The notes beneath the pieces are model-generated. The model saw only the letters and a list, made by a program, of their open reading frames with translations, did not search any database and was not told the origin of the DNA. From Tubulanus polymorphus (taxonomy: Eukaryota; Animalia; Nemertea), in contig NC_134030.1 in assembly GCF_964204645.1 (NCBI RefSeq), forward strand, positions 10,189,947-10,253,946: a DNA stretch of 64,000 nt. The letters are read 5' to 3'. The position numbers and the translations under genes are program-made. Positions 40,028 to 52,851 of this stretch are shown here, in pieces (the stretch's first letter is position 1; each line of letters starts with the position of its first letter).

Positions 40028-40470
40028 GATCGACCACGTAACTAATTCTTCACTTAATTCAGATCATAGAAATTCGCATTTTGTTGACGGCACTTAACAT
40101 TCGCAAATACACACCCCACGCCGAACTCACAAAATCCAATGCATAGATGAACAGTAGAACGATCAGAAGGACGGGCCTCAGAATATACTCCACAAATACT
40201 CGATGATATTTGCCACAACACGTCAATTCTACAATTGAAAATACCTAGACGTAAATTAAGGGAAATTTTGATCGAATTTAACTCATAAAAATCTCAAATA
40301 AATGTAGCCCACCACTCCACGGTATTGTTGTATCCTTCTGCAAATTTGACGTCATTTCCATTTAGGTCACTTTCAGAGAATTCCCTACCGCATCACCGGA
40401 CGTCATGCTCGTTTGATAAAAAAAAACTACAAGTAAAACCTGCAGTGCCAATGTCAACACGGATAAATCT
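40028..40470 (-). pseudogene. Decayed SLC34 fragment (first coding exon, intron 1, exon 2 and part of intron 2)
   Basis: Colinear with 38756-39310 (gatcgaccacgtaact.., ctcagaatatactccacaaatactcgatga, aaatgtagcccaccactcca, cggacgtcat), with internal deletions and loss of the exon-2 donor. Confidence 0.85.
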
Positions 40471-41730
40471 TAGAAAAACTCTATATACTTGGTATACTTA
40501 TCTCCACTCTAAGGTCATGGCGCCTTTTTATAGCGTGCTTATTCGAAGAAATCCTTTTCAGACGCCATTAATCAAACGAGAAGTCAAACAAAATTAAAGA
40601 ATCAAACATAAAAAAATGGTAATTGTGGCTATAAATTAGATTTTTCATATTTTCTATTGTATTCTACTTCAACCTCTAATGTGAAACATTTTTTATATAC
40701 ATTTCTATATACTTATTGCTGAATTAGTATAACATGGAATGCACAACATGGAAATTGACCAATTTGGTTTATTCCATGTTGTAGTTTGTCTATGATTGGT
40801 TTATTCCATGTTGTACCGATTCCAGCGACCCCTTCTTACACTTGTAAATGTAATTATTTACGATATCATCAATTAGTTACTCATCATTCTACTCCTCATT
40901 TTTGAATCTGATTTTGTATATTTTAGATACAAACTTGATGTTATTCAAAACTAGATTTTCAAATAGATGAATCAACGAAAATTATGTTTTAATGATTATG
41001 ATTTAACTGAATTAGAAAAATATCTTTTGATTTAGATATGTCATTCCTTTAAACGATCTAATTAAAATTGTACATTCTCATGTACGTCGATATACCTTGA
41101 CCTGGAGGCAGGAAAGTAACCCTTCAAACGTTACACATCGCCTCACACCTCACCAAGTGACTGACCTACTGACCTAATTGTCCGCTAGATGGCGAACTAG
41201 TCGAAGGTGGCTGCACAAACTGCACTACTGGCATGCTTGAGAGCTGTCTAACAGTCGTTGAAATGCCCGAGCGCTGATAGGCAACTGAAAATCTTTTTTT
41301 TTAGATCGCTCAAAAATCGTTCAAAAATATTCCCCCGTGATCTCGAGAAATATATCTTTTATTCGCCACCGATTGGGTTGGTTTCGTCCGTTCCAAACTC
41401 GGCCCGTTCCAGATACGGGACCCATTTTGAACGGTCTAACTATAGTGGTGGCCCGAACGCGGCTCTGCCGGGTACCGCCAGCAGCTCAATCGATACACAT
41501 TATTCTGTTATTACGTAAAGGACGCGCTTTACGCCAAAGCAATAAGAGGGCTATACATATTGGAATCCTTCCAGTAATCATTACGTCGATTTATTGTGTA
41601 ACTCACGTATTAGACTACGCACGCATTCATTTTAAATGTAAAAAGTTTTGTATAGCCAACAGGTTCAATATATGTACTACACGTGCGAAAAAATTTGCGA
41701 AAATACTTCCTTAACCAGCAAACCGCTTTC

Positions 41731-41860
41731 TACGAAAGCCCCTAGGGGACATACGAGATAATTTTTTCACAATTTCGACTTATGATGTCGAAATTCGACT
41801 CGATAAGTTGAAATTGTGAAAAAAAAAAACTATCCCGTATGTCACCTAGGGGCTTCCGTA
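41731..41860. mobile_element. Near-palindromic non-autonomous DNA transposon, IS3EU-like
   Basis: TACG...CGTA termini, inverted arms of about 50 bp, and an exact 6-bp target duplication GCTTTC (41725-41730 and 41861-41866). Confidence 0.75.
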
Positions 41861-42089
41861 GCTTTCTCATATCGGTACCAAACAAATACTGACATGATTA
41901 TAAGACGTAGCAATACGGTGCAATGTGAGCCAATAATGCCCCCAAAAATATACGCGTTTCAAATACCGATGCAAGTTAGAATAGGAGATATTGTTGAAAT
42001 CGTCAAATTTCGCTACCATAGTCTAGCGTGCACAAAAAGCGTGGCTGTTGTTCCGCGGCTGTGTGCCTTGCTCCGAAACACGGAACACG

Positions 42090-42665
42090 TTATTGATAAG
42101 ATCAATATATTTAGAATTAGTGAAAGTACCGTCGCTGACTCTTATAGAATATTCAAACAGTATGGGGTTTTGAAAAATATTAACTGATCTCCCTTGTGAT
42201 TTAAGAATATCATTTTGCAGGTTTCGTTGCTCTAACCATACCCTATCTATAAAAGTTGGTAGATACCAACGTATCCCAAGGGAGGATAGACTGTGCACGA
42301 AATGCCAGCTTGCTGTTGTTTGTGATGAATACCACTTCATCTTGGAAAATACCCTTTTTGGAAAATATTAGACAGACCTACATAAAAGAATACTATAGGA
42401 GGGACCCTAGCGAAGGAAAATTTCAAAACCTGTTGAATTCCTCTGGTAAGACGCGTTTGTCTCTTGTTAACTATATAAGAAAAGGCATGGTCTTTTATAA
42501 TATAACATATAGCAACATGATCGTGATGTTTTCTCACTGCGAATTATGTACACCTAAGCCTGTTATTTTCATGTATTGTTTTCTTATTTTCGTATTTATC
42601 TGCTCTGCGCAAAAAAATGTATTTTGTTGAGCTATAAACTTTTGAATTGAATTGAATTGAATTTG
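42090..42665 (+). mobile_element. 3' fragment of an RTE-X-like LINE
   Basis: Translates to FCRFRCSNHTLSIKVGRYQRIPREDRLCTKC..DEYHFIL with frameshifts; (ATTGA)n tail. Confidence 0.8.
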
Positions 42666-44204
42666 CCGTAAAATTTAAATTAGTTTCGATGTGTAAGAGT
42701 TGAAAACCGAATCATCGAAACGTAAAAACACCATACAATTACGTATCGTGTTTCGGATTTGTAGCTGTGTGGCTTAAAGATGCTTCGGATTAGGTGAAAT
42801 CTCAGTCTATTGTATATTGGCCTAGTAATATCTAATTTTGAAGACGATCACGCTGTTGTCATCAGTGAATCGAAATTCGGGGTGAAGGTCGAAGAATTCG
42901 AAGCCATCGATTAATAATATTCCATGAACGCAAGTCTTGTGATAGTACAGGCCCTAAAAAGTACTCGTAAAACTTTCATGAAACCAGTTATTTTCTCTCG
43001 TTTTAAGAATAGAGATCAAGCCAAGACTATGTGCACTATGCCCTTTAAAATTCTATATTTAGAACGTGCTTCTTTCATAACACCGGGCAGTGCTACAATA
43101 GTCTCGCGTTCGGAATTCGAAATATTTGCGCTTTATGAAGACGAAAAGGGAATATGGCCCATTGCATGCAATCTAAACTGAAACGCCACGTAAAATGTTT
43201 GCTTTGTATTTTTTTAAGTCGGGATATAATACGTATATCGACCATGTAATTTTCAAATGTAATTCAATTCATGAATAGAGAATAGTAATAGTAGATAAAA
43301 TAGCTTTATCCATTTAAAAGGGGTATTATGACTGAATGTAGATAATAATACCCCCGGTAAAAATTCCACAAGGTAAAAATCCCCCAAGTTCCCCTTAGTT
43401 TTATTTTCTTTCAAGCTAGAGTATAAAACTTAAATGAAAATGGAACATAAGAATATTGCAGTAGTTGTTTGTTGAGTTTTGCTATGAAATCAAATTTTAG
43501 GGAATTAATACCTAGCGAGCATTCCCCGGTGTTACCTGTTACCATTATGACTACTACTACGCGCGTTAACATGGTCGCGGAAGGACACATGAATGAGACA
43601 TCAAAATGACGATCTTTTTTCGTATCAGCGAGACGTATATTTTCATCTAAGTAAAATATGATGTAACCGCATACGTTCAAACAATGCATCCAGCGTCAAT
43701 CCGACTGACTTGAATTGGTCGGCGTCACTAGTGATTAGAGGTGATGAAATGACGCGGGTATAAAGGAATTTACAACTCAAAAACTCGTATCAGTGAAATA
43801 TATTCGTACATTTACACATTGTTTGTTAGATTGTTACAAAAGATAAACCAACCCATGATATGGAAGGGGTACACTGATATGTTCATTTCAGATGCAACAT
43901 AAGCAACATCGTATGCACGATGCGTCCTGGGCATATTGTAGAAAGGTACATGTATATACAATTATGACATGATATAACATAATTCCATTGAATCGAATTG
44001 CCAATGGTTGAAATTCTTTCTTTGACATGGTACAATAAGATACAAAACAATAAAACTAACTTTATTGTCACGTTTAGGTACAATTTATATGTTCTATAGA
44101 TATTGGTAATCCTTCTAATATACACGTACAATACCGTGTGTTCAAAAGCATTTCCTCCCCATAAATCAGCCGTTTCATTCTGCCCGGTAACGTAGGGAGC
44201 AGCC

Positions 44205-44432
44205 AGGGTCCAACTTCGGTTATCGGAGTTAGTCGACTTAAGTCGAACTAAATGAAACCGAATGTCAGTTAGTCGTAACTATGATCCGGAAATGGATTCA
44301 GCACGGCCGCTGTAGTTTTGACCTACCTCCAAGATGGCCGACGCTGTGAAATACGTTACGACCGAACTATAGCGCGTTCGGTTATCAGTTTCGACCACTA
44401 GTCGACTAGCTACGAAAACCAAAATTCACCCT
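44205..44432. mobile_element. Diverged MITE
   Basis: agggtccaacttcggttatcggagttagtcgact versus agtcgactagctacgaaaaccaaaattcaccct (imperfect inverted arms). Confidence 0.5.
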
Positions 44433-45221
44433 ATATGTTTATACTCGTAATTAGTAGGCAGACAGCTCACGTTCCTCGTGTGAAGAAAACTAGATGTGAT
44501 ACGCAACGTTCTGAACACTGCAGGGAAATTGTATGATTTTCGACCGAGGTGGATGTCAGTCTGACTTTTTACATTTGAACTTATAACACTTCGATTACAG
44601 CGAATTACATTGAATTACAGATTTATGCAAAATATTACTAGGTTTTATCTGGTTATTACAGCTATTACATATTATTACACCTTGATTACAGCGAGTTACA
44701 TTGAATTACAGATTATCCCTTATACGTATTACTAGGTTTTACATAAAGATCTTTATGTATTTTTTATATTATGTATAGGCCTGCATTATGAATTGAGTTT
44801 AGGTCTATGAATTGCGTATATCCGAGGCTAAATGAAGCCAGGGATTTTATTACAAATTATTTTTAATATGGAAAAAAAGTTAATTTTGGGACTACATTTT
44901 GAGCCTTATATAACTTTTAATCAAGAATGAAACATTTATATTGAATATTCTCTACATCGGCTGTCCGTTTGTTAATCGCCATCGAGCGACGTTCCCCTTC
45001 GCAACTGTGAAAATGCATCTTGCTATACATTACATTGGAAAATCATATCACATGTAGCTATTATCACATTTTAGTTTATATCCGATACGTCTATGAAGGT
45101 TGATTGAATATATATTTCCAAATACGCAACACAATAATATACTAAAATCCGAATACCGATGACAATATAGATGGTCTGTATTCACCCTTACCTTATGGAC
45201 TTGAGAAAAAAATATTGAATG

Positions 45222-48200
45222 TTAGAGTTTCGTGTTAGAAATACCATTCGTTTTGCCATGTGCCTCAGGCAAAGTGTCTTGACTTCCTTGGAAGCCAACG
45301 TTATCCACACCCACAGATAATGGCTCCTTATAAATCTCCTGTTCGTCTCCCTTGCAACGGGAACAGCACATTATTTTCCCCAATAGTCTATCTATTGGGG
45401 CCAACGAACGGAGGCACTCCGGCAGAAATTTCCAGTTCCTTAGCTTTGCAGGTAAACAGCTCGGTCGTTTGGCTTGAATCAATTTGATAATCAGTATCGC
45501 AATTACTAACGCGAGTATCGGGACGCCAACCCCTACAAGTGCCTGCCAGCCGATCAGGATAAGTCCGAAAATTGCACCCGGTAATAGGAAAAACACAAAT
45601 ATTAAGTAAACGATCGGAAACCATCTGTAGTTAGAAGTACGCATGCCCAGAAACTTAGCCATGTTAATTGGTATCTTCCGCATAAACGGTATCGGGTAGA
45701 AAATTATGATGCCTGTGATGTTGAAGAATAAATGACAAAAGGCCACTTGCATAGCATTAGGAAGCTGTTTGCCATCTGAGGCCAATGATGCAAGCAGTCC
45801 AGTAGCGGTTGTACCGATATTTGCCCCCAGTGTCAGAGGATACATACGATCCAATGAGAGCACCCCGACGCCGACTAGTGGGGTCAAGGCCGATGTAAAT
45901 ATGCTACTGCTCTGCACGAGTACCGTTAATCCAGCGCCAAGCAAGATCGCCAAATAACCAGTTAAAAACGAGCATTTTCCCGGGAAATCGGCGTTCACGA
46001 ATTTCTTCAATACTATGGCGATCCGGCCTTTGAGCAAAGCGTTTAGAGTCTTCACAATTAACACCAAACAAAGGCACAGTAGGAATAATGAAATAACTAA
46101 CAAAATAGCTCCGATGATATTGTCATCCCAGATTCCAGCAACATTCATAAACATGTATTTACCTGCAAAAAAAAGAAATATAATGAATTAAAATCTTTCG
46201 AGAAATGATCCGGTAGAGATAGTTCAAAAATAATCTATATGAGGATCCGACGTCAATTTCAATTCCTAGTTAGTTCCAAACGAGTTACGACACAATAAAA
46301 TACGATATACGTCCAATTTTCAGATGGTCTCTCAAATTACGTAATCTAAAGCCCAATGCACACGACACAAAGAAAAGGGAAATACGAAAACCAAAAAGTG
46401 TCTCCGCGTTTGCCGTTTCCGTGTTTCCTGTGCCGTGGGCTTAAGCTTGATCGATTGGGTCAACATATAGAATTGAGAACTAAGCTAGTTCGAAACTACA
46501 TCTCCAACCCTGGACATCATTTCCCATAAACACTTACACCGAGTGAGTCCTACTTCAATGGTTTCGTTGTATTTGCCACAAATTTTCATAAGACTTTTCT
46601 TTTCGGCTTCTTCGTCGCCTTTGGCGATCTTTTCGATGATCTTTTTGTCGATCTAGAATTGAAAATATCATCAAACTACATAATGCGGAATTACGAGTGG
46701 TCTAAGTAACGCGATGAACTGACTATGTTCATATTTTACGGGGTATATTTCGTCCTTCATATCGATATTTAGATTCTTAGAATCGCATGTATTTTGCGTA
46801 GAGGATGAAATGATAGCACAACGTGGCGCAGTGTGTGGCAGGAATACATCTATCTATAGGCCCTGACAAATGTAATTAGTAAATCCATCGTAGCGGTCAC
46901 TATATTCATCAAATACTGAATAATGCGGACGCAAAGTGCGCTGCATCGAATTCTAATCTCCCTCTCCCTCTCCCTCTCCCTCTCCCTCTCCCTCTCCCTC
47001 TCCCTCTCCCTCTCCCTCTCCCTCTCCCTCTCCCTCTCCCTCTCCCTCTCCCTCTCCCTCTCCCTCTCCCTCTCCCTCTCCCTCTCCCTCTCCCTCTCCC
47101 TCCCCTCCCCCTCCCCCTCCCCCTCCCCCTCCCCTCCCCTCCTCCTCCCCCTCCCCCTCCCCCTCCCCCTCCCCCTCTCCCTCTCCCCTCCCCCTTCCCC
47201 TCCCCCTCCCCCTCCCCTCCCCCTCCCCCTCCCCTCCCCTCTCCTCCCCTCCCCTCCCTCCCCCTCCCCCTCCCCTCCCCTCCCCCTCCCCTCCCCCTCC
47301 CCCTCCCCCTCCCCTCCCCCTCTCTCTCTCTCCCTCCCTCCCTCTGATTTCTTGTATGAGCTAACTGTTACTTCAAAGCAGTCCTTCATTTAATATCATT
47401 ACATTTTTAATGTAATTTCTTAATCAATATTAGGGAGCGCTTACCTGTATGACAATACTCGTAAACGGTTTAGTGATCGTCTTCAGGAGATCCTTTTTAC
47501 CGGAAGTATACGTTCTAAGATCCATCGAGTTGATGATGGCCTTCGTCAAATGATACAAATAGCCTAGAATTGGACAGAAAATAATTTCTCTATCGTGTAT
47601 ACAGAACACTGCCATTTTAGCTCCCGATCGTGTACATCACATTTTTAACCAGAAATTAGTAATAACGTTGCAGCTTGAAAATTGTCCAATCCAAAATCCT
47701 GCTTGATTTTAGTTATTTTTGACTTAAAAGTGAAATAAAAAAAGCAGTACTAATAAAGGCTGTAGCCTTGGAGACCGGCTAACTCAATTCATTTTCAATT
47801 AAGTTACCCATTGGGTTAAAGGTAATACCAGTCTATAAAACCGGGCCCTGCTGGTGAATAGACAAAAAAACACGGAGTCACGTCACATGAATGAGGACTG
47901 TGCCACCAGCTACCCCGTTAGATGGCGCGCGTATCAGTGCAACAACCCTGTCAAAATCTAGTTCATTTTCAATGAACTTTCATCTAGATTTTCAGCCTCC
48001 CTCATCAGAAATTAGGCAAATCACTCCTCTTGATAAAGTCAGATGATCTTTAGGCTCATGCGTACACAAGGTGGATTTTACTAATTATCATTCAACGAAT
48101 TTGAGAAATTATGGATAGATGTCACTGTACGTCATATTGGCCATGTTCAAGTGCAGGTAACTGCAGTTTTGATTAATTTGATTAACGGGTACCTACCCGA

Positions 48201-49244
48201 AGCGGCCTCCAGTGGCAATAGGATAATGACGCTCAACCAGTTGAACATGTCATGGACGGTAGCGCCGGCGAACGCGCGACGAAATTCATCTTTATTAGAA
48301 ATATGTCCAATTGAAACGATTGTATTAGTGACACTGGTTCCAATGTTGGCGCCCATGATGATTGGGATCGCTGGACGGACGTACAGAACTGAAATGATTT
48401 TTCGAGAATTCTAATGTAAACACGAACGTTGAAGCAAAATTACCTTACAATATGAAATATCGTTCGACAAAAATTGGTATATAATTTTGATGCGTTTTTA
48501 AATAAAAAGCTTATTAGGAAAACATAGCACAAATTAATTTTTGAACAGATGGCATAATAAAGGTATAAATGCACGCACTTTTACTGGCGACCATTGTAAC
48601 GACTATAGAAGTTGATGTCGACGATGACTGCACTAGTACTGTAGCCAGTACTCCAATCATTAAACCCGCTACAGGATTCGCTAATAGTTCGTTATCCGCG
48701 AATGCTCGCCCAGCCGCTTTGCCTGAAAAATTTCGAATACATGTTATTGGTACAAGAGATCGACCACGTAACTGATTCTTCGCTTATAATCATAGAAATT
48801 GGTATTTCGTTGACGGCACTTAACATCATTCTATTATTACATACCTCCCAGTATTTTGAACGCCGAACTCATAAAATCCAATGCGCAGATGAACAGATAA
48901 AGTAGAACGACCAGGAAGACGAGCCTCAGAATATACTCCACAAATACTCGATGAAATTTACCACCACACGTCAATTCTACATTCGAAAATACTTACACTT
49001 ATTTGAGGGAAATAGTTTAATAAATTCTAACTTACGAAAATCTAATATAAATGTGTAGCCCACCACTCCATGGTGTTGACGTATCTTTCAGTTCTGGTAA
49101 CGCCCACGGGTCCACTTTAGTCTCTTCGTTCCTCAATTCTTCTCTTGCATCTCCGTCATTTTTCATCTTATCTATGTTGACAGTGACGTCATTTCGGATT
49201 TGCCCTTTCTGGGTATTACCCGCCGCTGAATCATCGAACGACAT
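45222..49244 (-). CDS. SLC34A: Sodium-dependent phosphate cotransporter SLC34/NaPi-II, copy C (about 607 aa, short extracellular loop)
   Basis: Exons (minus): 49244-49064, 48976-48845, 48722-48579, 48388-48197, 47563-47445, 46652-46538 (115 nt versus 205 nt in A and B), 46162-45222. GT-AG and in frame; C-terminus TKL. Confidence 0.92.
46957..47345. repeat. Pure polypyrimidine tract, (CTCTCC)n then (CTCCCC)n, in intron 5 of SLC34-C
   Basis: About 390 bp containing only C and T on the plus strand. Confidence 0.97.
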
Positions 49245-50569
49245 ACTGGGTTCATGAACACTAGAACTAGAGATTAAAACTTGCGCTATTTTCGTAAGCG
49301 AATGCCAATGTCAGCATAGAACTTGAGAAAAACTTCATGCATGCACGACTTTCACCTAGAATACGGTCGACCTTTTAATAGCGCGGTATTTCGAAGAATC
49401 GTTTTTTTCAAACGAGTTATTTCAACGGGTGATTATGTTTTGGAAAATTCTTTGTTTACCTGCTGCTGGCGGTCTGGCACTCATTTGCATACCTGGCCGC
49501 CATACAAAATGCATAATTATGTTGGACCTTTCGTCTAAAAACGTTTGCGATCAATTATTTTCATTTTTAAGCCAACTATAACTCTGTTTGTTGGCTAAAA
49601 TCAGCGATTTACGCACACTTTCATAATAATACTAATAAAAATACTAATTTTATTTCCACAATAAATTACAACATGTCATAAAGAGAAATTATTGAAATTA
49701 GAGAGTCATTGAAATTTCAATGGGAAAGCTAGATGTCTTTCTTATGCTGTCATAAATCGTGCACTCTGAAAATCCGTGTGAGCTATACGCGTTCGACTGT
49801 ATATCTAGGACTCATAAGTCGCCTCCCATTGCGCGTGTATCTGCCTAGATTACGGCAAGATTTTTTTCGGTTCCAAGGGATGATAGTAAACAAAGACATG
49901 TGGTCGTTATTGCACTTTTTCAGACATTAGACTAACGACTGTTTCAGATGAAGAAAGTTGTTAAATTCTAGTTTACCTGAAAGAATACCCAATTTCGTGG
50001 GTTGTAGCTCGAGGATACGGAATAGAATCCCGAAGGTTTAATGAGAAGTTTATAAAGGACCATATGACGTAACCTTTTCTCTTTTTTGATGCGTTCACGT
50101 ACACCCTCGAACGTATAAACGTTATAGGCCTAAGTACAGTACAAGTCATACGATATATCATTTTTATGAATTGACGCAAGCTAAAATGGTCATTAAATTG
50201 TGTTGCAAACGAAATTTACGGTAAAGGTCACTGGTGATTTTTCAGTCCTGGATATACCGTCTACCGAGTTACGCGGCTGTCATTACGAGTACGACAATCA
50301 TAAAAACCATTATGAAAAAAACATACTTATTTGCATTCAATTTCCAAGAACACGCAATACACATTTTTAACATTGATTCACGATCAAAGCGCATTGTGGT
50401 TGATACACAAACATAGGCCTATATTAGCTCAGAAATATTTCATATTTGACGTATGTTGTTGAGTAAACCGTCGAAGTTAGATTTTAAAATATGGTCACCA
50501 AAACTGGGCCGCAGTGTCATCTATTCTTGTGTTGAATGATATATTCAATCGCTAAACTACGGGAATGTA

Positions 50570-50870
50570 TGGCCACAATCGCGCGAGCGTTTTTGAACAG
50601 TCAGTGCCAAATTAGGCCCGGAACAACACTGTTCACACGGGTGCTATATGGACCCGTGCCTGTTTGGCCGGAGCCAATTTGGCCCGACCAAAAACGTCGG
50701 TCCAGGCCCGAGCCAAATTCTAGCACAGGACAAATTATTGCATTTGAATTGCATCTGGTTCCGGAAATGACTCGCTTCGCTTTGCTTGTACATTTTTTAG
50801 TATCGAGTGAGCGCGCTCTCTAATTCTCTAATTAGACAAGGGCCAAATTTGGCTCGGGCCTGATGTTACC
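50570..50870. mobile_element. Diverged, truncated copy 3 of the Harbinger-like MITE
   Basis: Colinear with 34086-34380. Confidence 0.7.
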
Positions 50871-51764
50871 AAATATAAAACTTAATATATAAGTTACAGG
50901 TAGGCCTATTGATAGTTGACTAGGGTTAATAAAATAATGATATAAATATTGGTAACGTCTGGGGAAACAAATAAAAATAATTATTTAATTTGAAGAGTTG
51001 GTTCTAACGAAGAAAAAAAAATAGTTTAGTCCAAGGGAATAATTCAGAAAATATGATTCAGAAACTTGGTATGTAGTGTTGGTGGTTAGAAATATATTTC
51101 TAGACGGAGAGTGGTTGATGGAGGTAGCAGATTCTGTAGAAACCATACTAAATTTGGTAGTGAGAGATCACGTGGTTGAAACTTGGTAGAGGGAGAGAGT
51201 AGTTAAGTTGGAAAACCAGTAGAGAGGGAAAGAGTTCGAATTTTGGCAGCCACCAGTACAGTTGTTAGTAGATCCCATGAGATTGCCTAGTTGTTAGATT
51301 ATTTTTTGGAGAAGTTCATCTTAAGAGGCGATCTATCACTATATATAATGATTCATTATCATCACCCACCTCTACGTATTCGACGACCGATGCTTTTCGT
51401 TATGGACAGAGCCGGTTATTTCCACTTTCCACAATCTCAACGAATGACATAATGAGCTCTAGGTCGATTGACTATGATTAACAATCGGATATTTTTCTCG
51501 TTTCATTGAAAATTTTTGTTCGTGCTTTTCTACATATCTCCTAAGCACCAGTGTGCCATGTTATTTTCGACTATATCACAAGTGAACTAGAAGTAGCACA
51601 TTATTCAAAATCGTATTAAAGTTAGACATAAATCTTAGTCTATTGTGTATTGGCCTACTTATATTTATAGTTTTGAAGAAGAACACGCTGTTGTCATCAG
51701 TGAGTCGAGAGTCGTGGTGAAGGTCGATGAATTCAAAGTCATCAATTAATATTCCATGAACGCC

Positions 51765-51861
<97 letters not shown>
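51765..51861. repeat. (TA)n microsatellite
   Basis: Seen directly. Confidence 0.97.
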
Positions 51862-51863
<2 letters not shown>

Positions 51864-52390
51864 AAACCCAAATCTTCATAAATTCTCGCAGCTATTTAGT
51901 TCAAAAGACATGACTGTGTTGCGTAATTTATCTATTTTTCTGAAGAAACTAAACGAGCTTTATCAACTCTAAGTAGTAAACCCCGAATTTTAACCGGAAC
52001 CCTAAAACTGTAATTTGTATATATGTATGTATGCATGTGACAATAATGTATTTTCTTTTCTGTGCTCGAAATTGGTAAAAAAAAATGGAGCACTAAAGAT
52101 AATAAAGATAAAGATGTATAGCGTGGAATAGAATAGTTCCCCGCTCAAAGTTACTTTAATGAAAAGGAGTAATTCGGCTACGCAACCGATTTTGCTCGTC
52201 GACAATATCTACAATCCTGGTTGTCGAACGATTGTATTCGTCGACAATGTCTACAATCCTGATTGTCGACCGATTGTCGACTCGTAATATATTTTCGCCA
52301 TATAGTTTCGTCCGTCATTTGTATTCATAAATAGCTTTTCATCGATCAACTACAACTCTTGCTTAAATCGGTATTTTTTGGCAAGTCATT

Positions 52391-52431
52391 TTAGACTGAA
52401 GAAGGGTCGTAACCACCCGAGATATTTCTAA
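52391..52431 (+). ncRNA. Minimal type-I hammerhead ribozyme relic (Penelope-type); GAAA core mutated to GAGA
   Basis: ttaga CTGAAGA a gggt cgtaacc accc GAGA tatt tctaa: stem I is 5 bp and stem II is 4 bp; AATAAA follows. Confidence 0.55.
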
Positions 52432-52851
52432 TTTTCAAAAATAAACTTTTTATATCCATTCATTTATTGTGGGATTTTTACTCAACTCTTATTTATTTTG
52501 GTTCGAACTAAGCTCGTCGTTTTCCATTTCTCGGGGATATCAGAAATGTTTCTAGCACAATATACTATAATCAATCCGATTCCACGCAGATGACGCCTTC
52601 TGCCTAAAAACAGCTGTAAACACGGCGACCATAGCTGCATAATTAACCTGCTTTTCCCCGAAAAAGTCTTTTCGTATTTTCAAAATTCGCCACTATTATT
52701 TGCGACGTTGTTTTTTGTCCTCAAGAATAGTACTGATAAAATCGAACGTTTTGACGACGCCGGCGCCCTCTTGCAATCTTTTCCGTATGTATTTTCCGAT
52801 TAACGAGACTATAACCTAACAGTCATCTTCGAGAAGATGTCTAAGACGATC

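Noticed and set aside
46850-47393. RE/GE-rich and LS/P-rich ORFs
   Set aside because: They are translations of the polypyrimidine tract inside an SLC34 intron.
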